Shown here piece by piece: positions 28,060 to 36,874 of a stretch of DNA of 64,000 bases. The DNA comes from an uncultured Trueperaceae bacterium. Its GTDB lineage: Bacteria; Deinococcota; Deinococci; Deinococcales; Trueperaceae. The translations under genes were made by a program, and so were the position numbers. Where the stretch lies: the NCBI GenBank assembly GCA_913057165.1, contig CAJXNS010000001.1, positions 22,303-86,302 on the forward strand, read 5' to 3'. The notes under the pieces are model-generated. The model was not told where the DNA came from and did no database searches. It saw nothing but the letters and a program-made list of their open reading frames with translations. How positions within the stretch are numbered: the first letter of the stretch is position 1; every line of letters starts with the position of its first letter.

Positions 28060-28344
28060 CCACGTTTCAGTCTCGACCGCTGGCCGGGCGCGCGTGAGGA
28101 ACGTCATGGGCGACCCAAACCGCTGTCGTGTGAGCGCCGCTGGCAGGCCCGCTTCACATGGTGGTATGGTCGCGCCATCAACCAGGAGAAGACGACGAGG
28201 TAGAGCGAAGAAAAGCCGCTCGGCCGCGGCTGCGCTACCCCCGCCGACTCGGATCTTGGTTGACCAACACCGGTTGGGCCCCACGCCCAACCCAGCGATG
28301 GCGAATTCCGGGTTCGCCAACGTCAACGAGAGGAAAGGTGTGAG

Positions 28345-29616
28345 ATGAAGAAAGCCGTCATAGCATTCGCCCTTGTGACCGCCCTTGGTTGGGGTAGCGC
28401 CCAAACCATTACGGTTGCGTCCGGCACCGTCGGTCAGGAACTTGAACTGACCACGAACGCCGTCGAGCGTTACCGCGAGTTGAACCCAGGCGTGGACGTG
28501 CAGATCGCCACCACCGGCGACCTGGTCGAAGACCGCCTCGGTTACTACCTGCAGGTGTTTGAAGCGCAGTCCGACGAAATTGACGTGCTCCAAATCGACG
28601 TCATTTGGCCGGGCGACCTTGAAGAGCACCTGGTTGACCTCAACCAGTACGGCGCTGAGGCTGTCGCTGACCAGCACTTTGACGCGATCATCGAAAACAA
28701 CACGGTCGACGGCAAACTGCTCGGTATTCCTTGGTTCACCGACGCCGGTCTGCTCTACTACCGCACGGACCTGCTCGAAAAGTACGGCTTCGACGGCCCT
28801 CCCGCCACTTGGACTGAACTCACCAGCATGGCCGAGACGATCCAAGAAGGTGAGCGTGCTGAAGGCAACCAAGACTTTTGGGGCTTCGTGTGGCAAGGCA
28901 ACGCGTACGAAGGTCTGACCTGCGACGCACTGGAATGGCTGGATAGCAACAACGCCGGGACCATCATCAGCCCCGACGGTGTCATTACGGTCAACAACGA
29001 CGCCGCGGTCGCCACGCTCGAGCTTGCTGCCAGCTGGGTTGGCACCATCAGCCCGAACGGCGTGACCAACTTCGCTGAAGAAGACGCACGCAACATGTGG
29101 CAAGCCGGTAACGCGGCCTTCATGCGCAACTGGCCATACGCCTACTCGCTCGGTAACGCCGAAGACAGCGCCATTGCCGGTCAATTCGACGTGTCGCCGC
29201 TGCCCGCTGGCGAAGGCGGTGCGCCTGCCGCGACGCTTGGTGGCTGGCAGCTCGGCGTGAGCAAGTACAGCGATGATGTGGCCGGTGCGGCCGACCTCGC
29301 GCTCTTCCTTGCGTCGTACGAAGAGCAAAAGATCCGTGCCATTGAAGGATCGCTCAACCCGACCATTAAGGCCCTTTACGAGGACGAAGACGTTCTGGCC
29401 GCCAACCCGTTCTTCGGTTCGCTGTTTGACGTGTTCACGAACGCCACCGCGCGTCCGTCGACCGCAACGGCGCCCAACTACTCGGCTGTGTCGCGCGCCT
29501 TCTACACCTCGGTGCACAGCGTGCTGACCGGCCAAGAAGACGCCGACGTCGCGCTTGAAATCCTCGAGCTGGATCTCGAAGCGCTCACCGGCTTCCCGAC
29601 CGGGGATCCGCAGTAA
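28345..29616 (+). CDS. Sugar (trehalose/maltose-type) ABC transporter substrate-binding protein
   Basis: Signal peptide MKKAVIAFALVTALGWGSAQ. It resembles family-1 solute-binding proteins. The SD is GAGAGGAAAGG. Confidence 0.8.
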   Translation: MKKAVIAFALVTALGWGSAQTITVASGTVGQELELTTNAVERYRELNPGVDVQIATTGDLVEDRLGYYLQVFEAQSDEIDVLQIDVIWPGDLEEHLVDLNQYGAEAVADQHFDAIIENNTVDGKLLGIPWFTDAGLLYYRTDLLEKYGFDGPPATWTELTSMAETIQEGERAEGNQDFWGFVWQGNAYEGLTCDALEWLDSNNAGTIISPDGVITVNNDAAVATLELAASWVGTISPNGVTNFAEEDARNMWQAGNAAFMRNWPYAYSLGNAEDSAIAGQFDVSPLPAGEGGAPAATLGGWQLGVSKYSDDVAGAADLALFLASYEEQKIRAIEGSLNPTIKALYEDEDVLAANPFFGSLFDVFTNATARPSTATAPNYSAVSRAFYTSVHSVLTGQEDADVALEILELDLEALTGFPTGDPQ

Positions 29617-29654
29617 CGAACGGTTCGACGATTAACCGTTAGAGCCTTGCCGGT

Positions 29655-29692
29655 GTGCCGCGCCCTTTCCTCCGGTGGAAAGGGCGCGGCAC
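29655..29692 (+). promoter_or_regulatory. 16-bp GC-rich stem-loop between the binding-protein and permease genes
   Basis: GTGCCGCGCCCTTTCC-TCCGGT-GGAAAGGGCGCGGCAC. There is no U-tract. Confidence 0.65.
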
Positions 29693-29728
29693 ATCGCGCA
29701 GGACGATCCTTAGCTGGAGGAACCTTCG

Positions 29729-30820
29729 TTGACCGATCCATCGCAAACGCCATCAACTCCGCCGCGTAAAGGACCTTCGAAACTCGCGCGGCGTGAGGAG
29801 AGAACCGCGGCCTGGCTGCTGGTCCCCAGCCTCGTCATTATTTTGCTGATTGCCATTTACCCGTTAGGGCAAGTGTTTTTTGAATCGTTTCGTGAGCGTG
29901 AGTTTGCTTCAAGTGAACCCGGACGCTTTGTGGGTCTGCAGAACTACCAGCAACTCCTGTCAATGACCATCCGTGAGCTGCCGCTTGAATTAGACGCCAA
30001 CGGACAGCCCGTCATTGAGGACGGCGAACTGCAGTACGAAAGTTGGGTACGTGTGCTGCCACGCGAACCGATGCGCTACCGAGCGGTCACCGAGTTCGGA
30101 CTATTTGGCAACCGGTACGTCCTCGGCGCGACCGAATCCGACTTTATTTTGGCGGTGTGGGACACGCTTGTCTTCACCGTCGTCGCCGTGTTCTGGGAGA
30201 CCGTGCTCGGCATGATCATCGCGCTGGCATTGACCGCACGTTTCTTTGGACGCGGGGCCATGCGCGCAGCCATGCTTGTCCCGTGGGCTGTGATCACCGC
30301 CGTATCCGCCCGAATTTGGGAGTGGATGCTGCAACCCACCCGGGCTGGCCTGTTCAATACGGTCGGCTCCGCCCTAGGTATCTCCGACGGTCGCACCAAC
30401 TTCTTTGGCGATGTGGCCTTACAACTACCAAGCATGATCGTCATGGACGTCTGGAAAACCACGCCTTTCATGGCCTTGCTACTGCTGGCGGGATTGTCCA
30501 CCATCCCCAAGGAGCTCTACGAAGCAGCCAGAGTGGACGGCGCGAACCCGATCCGGCAGTACTTTTCAATCACGCTGCCCCTACTCGCCCCAACGCTGGT
30601 CGTGGCCTTGATCTTCAGGACGCTCGACTCACTTCGGGTGTTCGACATCTTTCAGGTTGTGCTCGGCAACCAAAGGTACTCCATGGCTTCGTATGCGCAA
30701 TCCATGTTGATCAACGTGCGTGATGTCGGGCTGTCATCGGCAGCGTCCGTGATCATTTTTGTGCTCATCTTTGCCTTCGCCGTGGGTTACATCCGCGCAT
30801 TTGGGGTGAACCAAGAATGA
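29729..30820 (+). CDS. Sugar ABC transporter permease (MalF/ThuF-type)
   Basis: TTG start 8 nt after GGAGG. Multi-TM protein with the EAA loop ELYEAARVDGANPIRQYFSITLPLL. Confidence 0.85.
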   Translation: MTDPSQTPSTPPRKGPSKLARREERTAAWLLVPSLVIILLIAIYPLGQVFFESFREREFASSEPGRFVGLQNYQQLLSMTIRELPLELDANGQPVIEDGELQYESWVRVLPREPMRYRAVTEFGLFGNRYVLGATESDFILAVWDTLVFTVVAVFWETVLGMIIALALTARFFGRGAMRAAMLVPWAVITAVSARIWEWMLQPTRAGLFNTVGSALGISDGRTNFFGDVALQLPSMIVMDVWKTTPFMALLLLAGLSTIPKELYEAARVDGANPIRQYFSITLPLLAPTLVVALIFRTLDSLRVFDIFQVVLGNQRYSMASYAQSMLINVRDVGLSSAASVIIFVLIFAFAVGYIRAFGVNQE

Positions 30821-31662
30821 ATAAAGCCACCCGCCTTGTCCTCAGCCGAATCGGCTTCTGGATCCTGATCGTTGTCATCTTCGTGTACTTGTTGTTCCCC
30901 TTCTACTGGGCGTTCGTCAGCGCCCTCAAAACGCAGGCGGAACTGATTCAAACACCGGCCACGCTATGGCCAGCCGACCCCACCCTGCAAAACTTCCGTG
31001 CCGTCTTCCAAAACGAGAGCTTCATGCGCTCCCTGCTGAACAGCACGTTCGTGGCACTTGCCGTCACACTCTTGAGTCTTGGGATCGGCTCGTTCGCAGG
31101 CTACGCCCTCGGCAAAATGCGGTTTCGTGGCCGCACGCCTTCGCTTTACCTGATCTTGGCGATGACGATGTTTCCACAGATCGCTGTGCTTGCCGGTTTG
31201 TATGCCGTGATCCGCTTTCTTGGCATCAGCGCCATGCCCAGCATGATTCTGACCTACATGCTCTTCACCCTGCCGTTTACCGTTTGGGTGCTCACCTCGT
31301 TCTTCAGAGGCCTGCCTGCCTCCCTATTGCAGGCCGCTCAGGTGGATGGTGCCACCATGATGCAAGCGTTCAGGCACGTCCTGCTTCCGTTGACCGCCCC
31401 TGCTTTGGTCACGACCGGTCTGCTGGCGTTCATTCAAGCGTGGAACGAGTACCTGTTCGCCTTGACGTTCACCGTCATCGAGGAGCAGTCACGCACGATC
31501 CCGGTGGCCATCGCCCTATTTACCGGCGAGGTCGCCAGGCAAGAACCGTTTGGTGAGATCATGGCGGCCGCCGTGACGGTCACCGTGCCGCTCGTCATCC
31601 TCGTCCTTGTCTTCCAAAACCGGATTGTCGAAGGCCTCACCGCTGGGAGCGTGAAAGGCTAG
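30817..31662 (+). CDS. Sugar ABC transporter permease (MalG/ThuG-type)
   Basis: 4-nt overlap with the upstream gene. The EAA loop reads LLQAAQVDGATMMQAFRHVLLPL. Confidence 0.9.
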   Translation: MNKATRLVLSRIGFWILIVVIFVYLLFPFYWAFVSALKTQAELIQTPATLWPADPTLQNFRAVFQNESFMRSLLNSTFVALAVTLLSLGIGSFAGYALGKMRFRGRTPSLYLILAMTMFPQIAVLAGLYAVIRFLGISAMPSMILTYMLFTLPFTVWVLTSFFRGLPASLLQAAQVDGATMMQAFRHVLLPLTAPALVTTGLLAFIQAWNEYLFALTFTVIEEQSRTIPVAIALFTGEVARQEPFGEIMAAAVTVTVPLVILVLVFQNRIVEGLTAGSVKG

Positions 31663-31692
31663 CGCCCCAAGCGACAAGACGTCTCCCGTTTT

Positions 31693-31724
31693 GCTGTGCC
31701 GTGCACCCCCATGCACGGCACAGC
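31693..31724 (+). terminator. 13-bp hairpin after the sugar ABC operon (weak or absent U-tract)
   Basis: GCTGTGCCGTGCA-CCCCCA-TGCACGGCACAGC, followed by GCATTATGATT. Confidence 0.45.
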
Positions 31725-31728
31725 GCAT

Positions 31729-31734
31729 TATGAT
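31729..31734 (+). promoter_or_regulatory. -10 box TATGAT, 5 nt upstream of GTG 31740
   Basis: The sequence reads CATTATGAT-TGGGC-GTG with no SD. The start is ambiguous between TTG 31734 and GTG 31740. Confidence 0.4.
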
Positions 31735-31739
31735 TGGGC

Positions 31740-33578
31740 GTGACCCGAACCGGGCGTGCCAAAACACCCGCTCCTTCACAATTGCGGCAACTCGCAAGCC
31801 TGGTGCGACCCCACAGCACTTGGCTTGTCGTCGCCATGGCGTCGACCGTGGCAGCCGGCTTGCTTCAGCTCGCCTTCCCACTGCTCGCGCGTGACCTATT
31901 CAACGAGGCGTTTGGTGACCAGGCGATGGCGGGAGAACGCATCAACCGCATCGCCCTGCTGCTGGCGGGCGTGTTTGCCGCGCAGGCAGCGTTTAACTTC
32001 GTTCGCGTGTGGTTACTCGGCCGTATCGGCGAACGGGTGGTGGCCACGCTGCGCACCAGGCTTTACGGCCATTTACTGCACCTTTCGCCGCAGTTCTTCA
32101 TGCAGCGCAAAACCGGAGAGATCACATCCAGGCTCACCAGTGACGTCAGCACCGTCCAATCACTCGTCTCCAGCGCCCTCGCTCAATTTACAAACCAAAC
32201 GGTGACCTTGGTCGGTGCCACCGCCGCACTTTTCTACATTGACGTCCCGCTCACCCTACTGATGCTTGCCGTGGTCCCCCCGACCATCCTCGCGGGCGCG
32301 GCGTTTGCACGGCGCCTAAGGCGGCTGTCACGAAGGTTTCAGGATGCTGTCGCGGACGCGAACGCGGACGCCGAAGAAGCGATCGCGAACATCCGCATGG
32401 TGCAAGCGTTCACCTCAGAAGCGGTCGAGGAAGAGCGTTACCGAAACGGCATCGAGCGTTCATACAACCTCGCATTAAGCCGCGTGCTGGTGCGGGCATG
32501 GTTCATTCCAACGGTCATTTTCGCGATGTTCGGTGGCATCACCGCCGTGTTCTGGTTCGGTGGGCGTCAGGTGATCGCGGGTGCATTAGCCGCAGGTGAC
32601 CTGATCGCCTTCCTTCTGCTCAGCCTCTTTATCGCCGGTTCCGTGGCAGGCTTTACCGGCCTTTTCTCCCAACTTCAGGAAGGCCTGGGGGCCTCGCGTC
32701 GCATCTTTGACCTGCTCAATGAAACGCCAACCGTCCGCGAGCGACCCAACCCCAAACCACTGGAGGCAGCCGCTTGGGATGTGCAATTCGATCGCGTCTG
32801 GTTCCATTACCCTGCCGGCGCGTCCAATCACCTAGGTGCATCCATCACCGCTGATGACGGGGCCTCAGAACCTGCTGAGGCCGAGCCCCGCTGGGTGCTT
32901 GAAGACATGTCGCTTCGCGTCCCTGCTGGAGAAACGTTAGCGGTGGTGGGGGAATCTGGGGCCGGCAAGAGCACCCTCGCGGCCTTGATCCCGCGGTTTT
33001 TTGATGTGCAGGAGGGCGCGGTGCGCGTGGCTGGGTCCGACGTGCGTGACGTCAGCCTTAAGGCCTTACGCTCAAAGATCGCGATCGTGCCGCAGGAGAC
33101 GGCCCTCTTCTCGGGCTCTATTCGTGACAACATCCGTTACGGCCGACCGGACGCCAGCGATGAGGATGTGCAGGCCGCCGCCGATGCGGCGCACGTGACC
33201 GAATTCGTCCGAACGCTTCCAGCCGGGTTTGACGCAACGATCGGCGAGCGAGGTGTGCGCCTCTCAGGCGGCCAGCGTCAGCGCATTGCAATCGCCAGGG
33301 CACTCCTCAAGAACCCTCCCATCCTGATCTTGGATGAGGCGACCAGCAACCTAGACGCTGCGTCTGAAGCATGGGTTCAAGCCGCCCTGACCAACCTGAA
33401 AGAGGGACGAACCAGCCTCGTGATCGCCCACCGCTTCAGTACCATCCAAGACGCCGACCAGATTGCTGTCATAAGCAGCGGCCGGCTTGAAACGGTTGGC
33501 CCCCACGACGTGCTCATGCAAACGTCCGCCACGTACCAGCGTCTCTACCACCACCAGCTCGCCACAAACCCAGCTTAA
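31740..33578 (+). CDS. ABC exporter, fused permease/ATPase (MsbA/multidrug type)
   Basis: Six-TM N-terminal half. Walker A is GESGAGKST, the signature is LSGGQRQRIAIARAL and Walker B is ILILDEATS. The start is uncertain by 2 codons. Confidence 0.9.
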   Translation: MTRTGRAKTPAPSQLRQLASLVRPHSTWLVVAMASTVAAGLLQLAFPLLARDLFNEAFGDQAMAGERINRIALLLAGVFAAQAAFNFVRVWLLGRIGERVVATLRTRLYGHLLHLSPQFFMQRKTGEITSRLTSDVSTVQSLVSSALAQFTNQTVTLVGATAALFYIDVPLTLLMLAVVPPTILAGAAFARRLRRLSRRFQDAVADANADAEEAIANIRMVQAFTSEAVEEERYRNGIERSYNLALSRVLVRAWFIPTVIFAMFGGITAVFWFGGRQVIAGALAAGDLIAFLLLSLFIAGSVAGFTGLFSQLQEGLGASRRIFDLLNETPTVRERPNPKPLEAAAWDVQFDRVWFHYPAGASNHLGASITADDGASEPAEAEPRWVLEDMSLRVPAGETLAVVGESGAGKSTLAALIPRFFDVQEGAVRVAGSDVRDVSLKALRSKIAIVPQETALFSGSIRDNIRYGRPDASDEDVQAAADAAHVTEFVRTLPAGFDATIGERGVRLSGGQRQRIAIARALLKNPPILILDEATSNLDAASEAWVQAALTNLKEGRTSLVIAHRFSTIQDADQIAVISSGRLETVGPHDVLMQTSATYQRLYHHQLATNPA

Positions 33579-33641
33579 AAGCGGCACGACACATTCCCGC
33601 TCACGGGTGCAAATGACGTCGCGTCCACCGGCTCACCGCCG

Positions 33642-33647
33642 TACGCT
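33642..33647 (+). promoter_or_regulatory. -10 box TACGCT (GTACGCT), 6 nt upstream of ATG 33654
   Basis: The sequence reads CGCCGTACGCT-TCTCAC-ATG. No SD is present. Confidence 0.5.
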
Positions 33648-33653
33648 TCTCAC

Positions 33654-34142
33654 ATGGTTTGGACCGCAGGTTCCCACGTCATGTACGCGCCCGAGGGCGC
33701 TGGCACCGTGCTTCGTTCGACAGAAAAAACGGTGCTCGGCCGGCGAGCGACCTACCACGAGATTGTCCTTGTCGGCTCCCGCATGCGCATCCTCGTGCCC
33801 GCCGATCAAACCGACGCCATCGCTGTCCGCCCGGTCGTCCAGAAGGGCGAACTGGGACGCATCGCCGCGATGCTGACGGAGCGTGACATGGCCCTTCCTA
33901 ACTCGTGGCCACAACGGCAGCGGATGGAACGTGACATCATGGCCACCGGAGATGCCTACCGAATTGCTCACCTCATCGGCACGCTCAACCGACGCGCCTC
34001 CCAGCTTGGCCTTGCGGACACCGAGCGCGCCCTGCTTAACGACGCCCGACATCTACTGGGCACGGAACTCGCACTCGTGCGTGATACGACCCTGCACGAC
34101 GCCCAATCCTGGATTGAGGAGCACTTACAGCCGGAAGCGTGA
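33654..34142 (+). CDS. CarD/CdnL-family RNA-polymerase-binding regulator (divergent paralog)
   Basis: 162 aa. The N-terminal Tudor-like region reads HVMYAPEGAGTVL...YHEIVL...RILVP and the C-terminal helical domain contains Trp (LPNSWPQRQR). Confidence 0.75.
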   Translation: MVWTAGSHVMYAPEGAGTVLRSTEKTVLGRRATYHEIVLVGSRMRILVPADQTDAIAVRPVVQKGELGRIAAMLTERDMALPNSWPQRQRMERDIMATGDAYRIAHLIGTLNRRASQLGLADTERALLNDARHLLGTELALVRDTTLHDAQSWIEEHLQPEA

Positions 34143-34987
34143 GCGCCTTGCCGCCCGTTGACCGGGCGAGCCCCTCAGGGGTCGCGGCCTTGCTTAAACG
34201 CCATGGTCTGGCGCCCGATAAGAACCTTGGGCAGCACTTTCTTGTCGACCGGCATGCGCTTGACACCATTGTGGATGCCGGCGCACCAAACCGCACGACC
34301 ACCGTTTTAGAAATTGGTGCTGGGCTTGGCACGCTCACCGAACGTCTGGCCGAACGGGCGGGCCGGGTGGTCGCCGTGGAGTACGACCACCGGCTGGCCC
34401 CGGTGCTCGATGAAGCGTTCGCGGACGATCCTCACGTTGATACCGTCTACGCCGACGCCATGAAATTCGATCTCGGGACGTTGCCAGAAGGCAGCATGCT
34501 GATTTCGAACTTGCCGTACCAAATCTCGACTGCCATCCTGACCCGCGCGCTCATGTCAGCCCGCTTCAGCAGGCTGGTCGTCCTGGTGCAGAAAGAGGTT
34601 GCGCAGCGCCTGACCGCCGAGCCTGGCGCCCCGTTGTTTGGCGCCTTGAGTGTGATTCGAAGCTTTTTTGGTCCTGCTCAGCTTGTGCGCGATGTGGCAG
34701 CTGGCTCGTTTTTCCCACCGCCGGCAGTGTCAAGTAGCGTGGTGAGAATGGACGTCACCCGCCATGAGGCGATGCCTGCCACGCTGGAACGGCTGATACG
34801 CCAAGGGTACGCGCATCGCCGTAAAACACTCGCGAAGAACTTGACGATGGCCGGCTGGCCGCGCGAACAGACGTCGGAAGCGCTGACCGCGACCGGCCTG
34901 CCAGCGGCGGTTCGGGCGGAGGCGTTGGGTATCGACACCTGGCTTGCATTTCATGACCAGTTGGTGAGTGCTTCGTCGCGCGCGTAG
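34139..34987 (+). CDS. rsmA: 16S rRNA (adenine1518/1519-N6)-dimethyltransferase
   Basis: LGQHFLVD... and the SAM motif VLEIGAGLGTLTERL, followed by NLPYQISTAIL. The GTG start overlaps the upstream stop (GTGA). Confidence 0.9.
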   Translation: MSALPPVDRASPSGVAALLKRHGLAPDKNLGQHFLVDRHALDTIVDAGAPNRTTTVLEIGAGLGTLTERLAERAGRVVAVEYDHRLAPVLDEAFADDPHVDTVYADAMKFDLGTLPEGSMLISNLPYQISTAILTRALMSARFSRLVVLVQKEVAQRLTAEPGAPLFGALSVIRSFFGPAQLVRDVAAGSFFPPPAVSSSVVRMDVTRHEAMPATLERLIRQGYAHRRKTLAKNLTMAGWPREQTSEALTATGLPAAVRAEALGIDTWLAFHDQLVSASSRA

Positions 34988-35055
34988 GCGACCACGGCCA
35001 GGGCGTCATCCGATATGCTGTGGCGTTCAACCTGAAGGGACCGGTTATCTAAACC

Positions 35056-36000
35056 ATGGCGAACGTCTTGGTGGTCGGTGACGCCACCGTTGATCAAATG
35101 TATTTCGTGGATCGCGTGCCTGAACCGGGCGGCGAAATGACCGCTTCGCACGCGGTCATGGAGCCTGGTGGGGCCGGCGGCAGCATGGCTGTGGCGTTGG
35201 CTCGCCTTGGGCACAACACGCGTATTGCGACGCGTGTGGGTACGGGGCCGTTCTCGGAGCTTGCCCTGAAGAACTTAAAGGAATCTGGCGTGCAGTTGGA
35301 TCTTGTGCAGCACGATCCGGAGCGGCAAACAAGCAGCGTCACGATTCTCGTGACGCCTGACACGCAGCGCACCATGATCTCGTCAAGTGGTGCCAGCCGG
35401 CATCTGGATGTGGGGCAGCTCGACACCAGCATGTTGGCAGATTTTGATGCTGTCGTCATCAGCGCTTACAGCCTGGTGGGGGGTGCGCAGCGTGAGTACG
35501 CCTTGCGCGCCATTGAGGGGGCTTTGAAGCACGGGGCGTCCACCGTGGTGGATATGGGGACTGGGGCGGTTCAAGCGCTCCAAGGCGAATTGGTTGACCT
35601 GGTGCAGAGCGTGGATTACGTGCTCATGAACGAAAAAGAACTGTTCGCCATGACGGGTGAAACCACCATCTCAGAGGCGGTGTCGGACCTGACGCGTCGC
35701 GGGATCGGCCGGATGGTGGTCAAGGTCGGTGACATGGGAAGCATTGTTGTGGCGCAAGACCGGTCCGAGCTTGTCGATCCCTTCGATGTGGATGAGGTCA
35801 TCGATACGACTGGTGCCGGCGACTACTTCACAGCGGCGTTCACGCACGCGATTTTGGATGGTGCCGACCTGATCGATGCGGCACGGGCGGGCAACGTGGC
35901 CGGTGCGCTTAACACCACCCGCATCGGCGCCCAAAGCACCGTGGTGGATGCGGCCACGCTAAAGCGGCACGCCATGTCGCTGGCGTCCTTTCCGTCCTGA
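35056..36000 (+). CDS. PfkB-family carbohydrate/nucleoside kinase
   Basis: The ribokinase-like fold motifs are NVLVVGDATVDQ and the C-terminal DTTGAGDYFTAAF. Confidence 0.8.
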   Translation: MANVLVVGDATVDQMYFVDRVPEPGGEMTASHAVMEPGGAGGSMAVALARLGHNTRIATRVGTGPFSELALKNLKESGVQLDLVQHDPERQTSSVTILVTPDTQRTMISSSGASRHLDVGQLDTSMLADFDAVVISAYSLVGGAQREYALRAIEGALKHGASTVVDMGTGAVQALQGELVDLVQSVDYVLMNEKELFAMTGETTISEAVSDLTRRGIGRMVVKVGDMGSIVVAQDRSELVDPFDVDEVIDTTGAGDYFTAAFTHAILDGADLIDAARAGNVAGALNTTRIGAQSTVVDAATLKRHAMSLASFPS

Positions 36001-36013
36001 GTACGCCCGCTTA

Positions 36014-36874
36014 ATGAGCGCGCCCATCGCTGCAGACCACGTTCGGCGCTGGTCCGATCACGTGGTTCAGCTCGAATTTCCGTCGCAGACGTTGCCACCC
36101 TACGCGTCCACGTGGATCACGATCATCCATGACCGCGGCGAGGCGTTCATCGTTGATCCAGGTTTTAGTCAGCCTGCCGCAGCCGACACGCTAGCGGCGT
36201 ACTTAGACTTTTTGCGCATTAAGACCGTCGTGGGGGTGCTCATCACGCACGCCCACCGTGATCACATTGACGGCCTATCGTACGCGCAGCAGGGAGTCGC
36301 GTCCGGAGCGTTCGTGGGTGGGCACCCAGACGCCTTAACGCAGGTTGCTCACGGGCCCAACAGACGACATCTGAACCATGACGACCGCATCGCGATCGGC
36401 GAGATGGCTGTGACTGCGCTGTACACGCCCGGGCATGCTGAAGGCCATTTGTGCTTCGCACTGCCGGACGGCGGCATGATCGGCGGCGACCTCGTGACGG
36501 GGTCAGGTCCGTCATACATCGGTGTGCCGGGTGGCAATGCCGTGGCCTATGAGGACAGTTTGCGGATGGTTGCAGAGCGGAAACCGGTTTGGTTAGCGGT
36601 ATCGCACGGTCCAGCCATTCGCGACCCGAGTGCAGCGATTAAGCGCGCCCTTGAGCACCGGGGGCGCCGCGAAATGCAGCTGCGGGTGGCCACGCAACAA
36701 CCGCAGCCCCTTGGGGCGTTGGTCGACATCCTCTACCCCACGGTCGCCCTCGATGCTCGCCTCTATCTTGAACGCTCGACCCTTGCATACCTAGAAAAGT
36801 TAATGACCGAGGGCGCGGTTGTGAACTTAGGCGGCGGCGAGGACGGTCCCTACCAGGCTGTACCGTCGCCTTAA
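36014..36874 (+). CDS. MBL-fold metallo-hydrolase
   Basis: HxHxDH motif ITHAHRDHIDG, with a later TPGHAEGH. Confidence 0.8.
   Translation: MSAPIAADHVRRWSDHVVQLEFPSQTLPPYASTWITIIHDRGEAFIVDPGFSQPAAADTLAAYLDFLRIKTVVGVLITHAHRDHIDGLSYAQQGVASGAFVGGHPDALTQVAHGPNRRHLNHDDRIAIGEMAVTALYTPGHAEGHLCFALPDGGMIGGDLVTGSGPSYIGVPGGNAVAYEDSLRMVAERKPVWLAVSHGPAIRDPSAAIKRALEHRGRREMQLRVATQQPQPLGALVDILYPTVALDARLYLERSTLAYLEKLMTEGAVVNLGGGEDGPYQAVPSP

Noticed and set aside
28039-29535. A 498-aa ORF lies antisense to the sugar-binding-protein gene.
   Set aside because: Its Val/Gly/Arg/Ala-rich composition is typical of shadow ORFs in high-GC DNA. It has no motifs, SD or promoter. The sense-strand gene has a signal peptide, an SD and clear family similarity.
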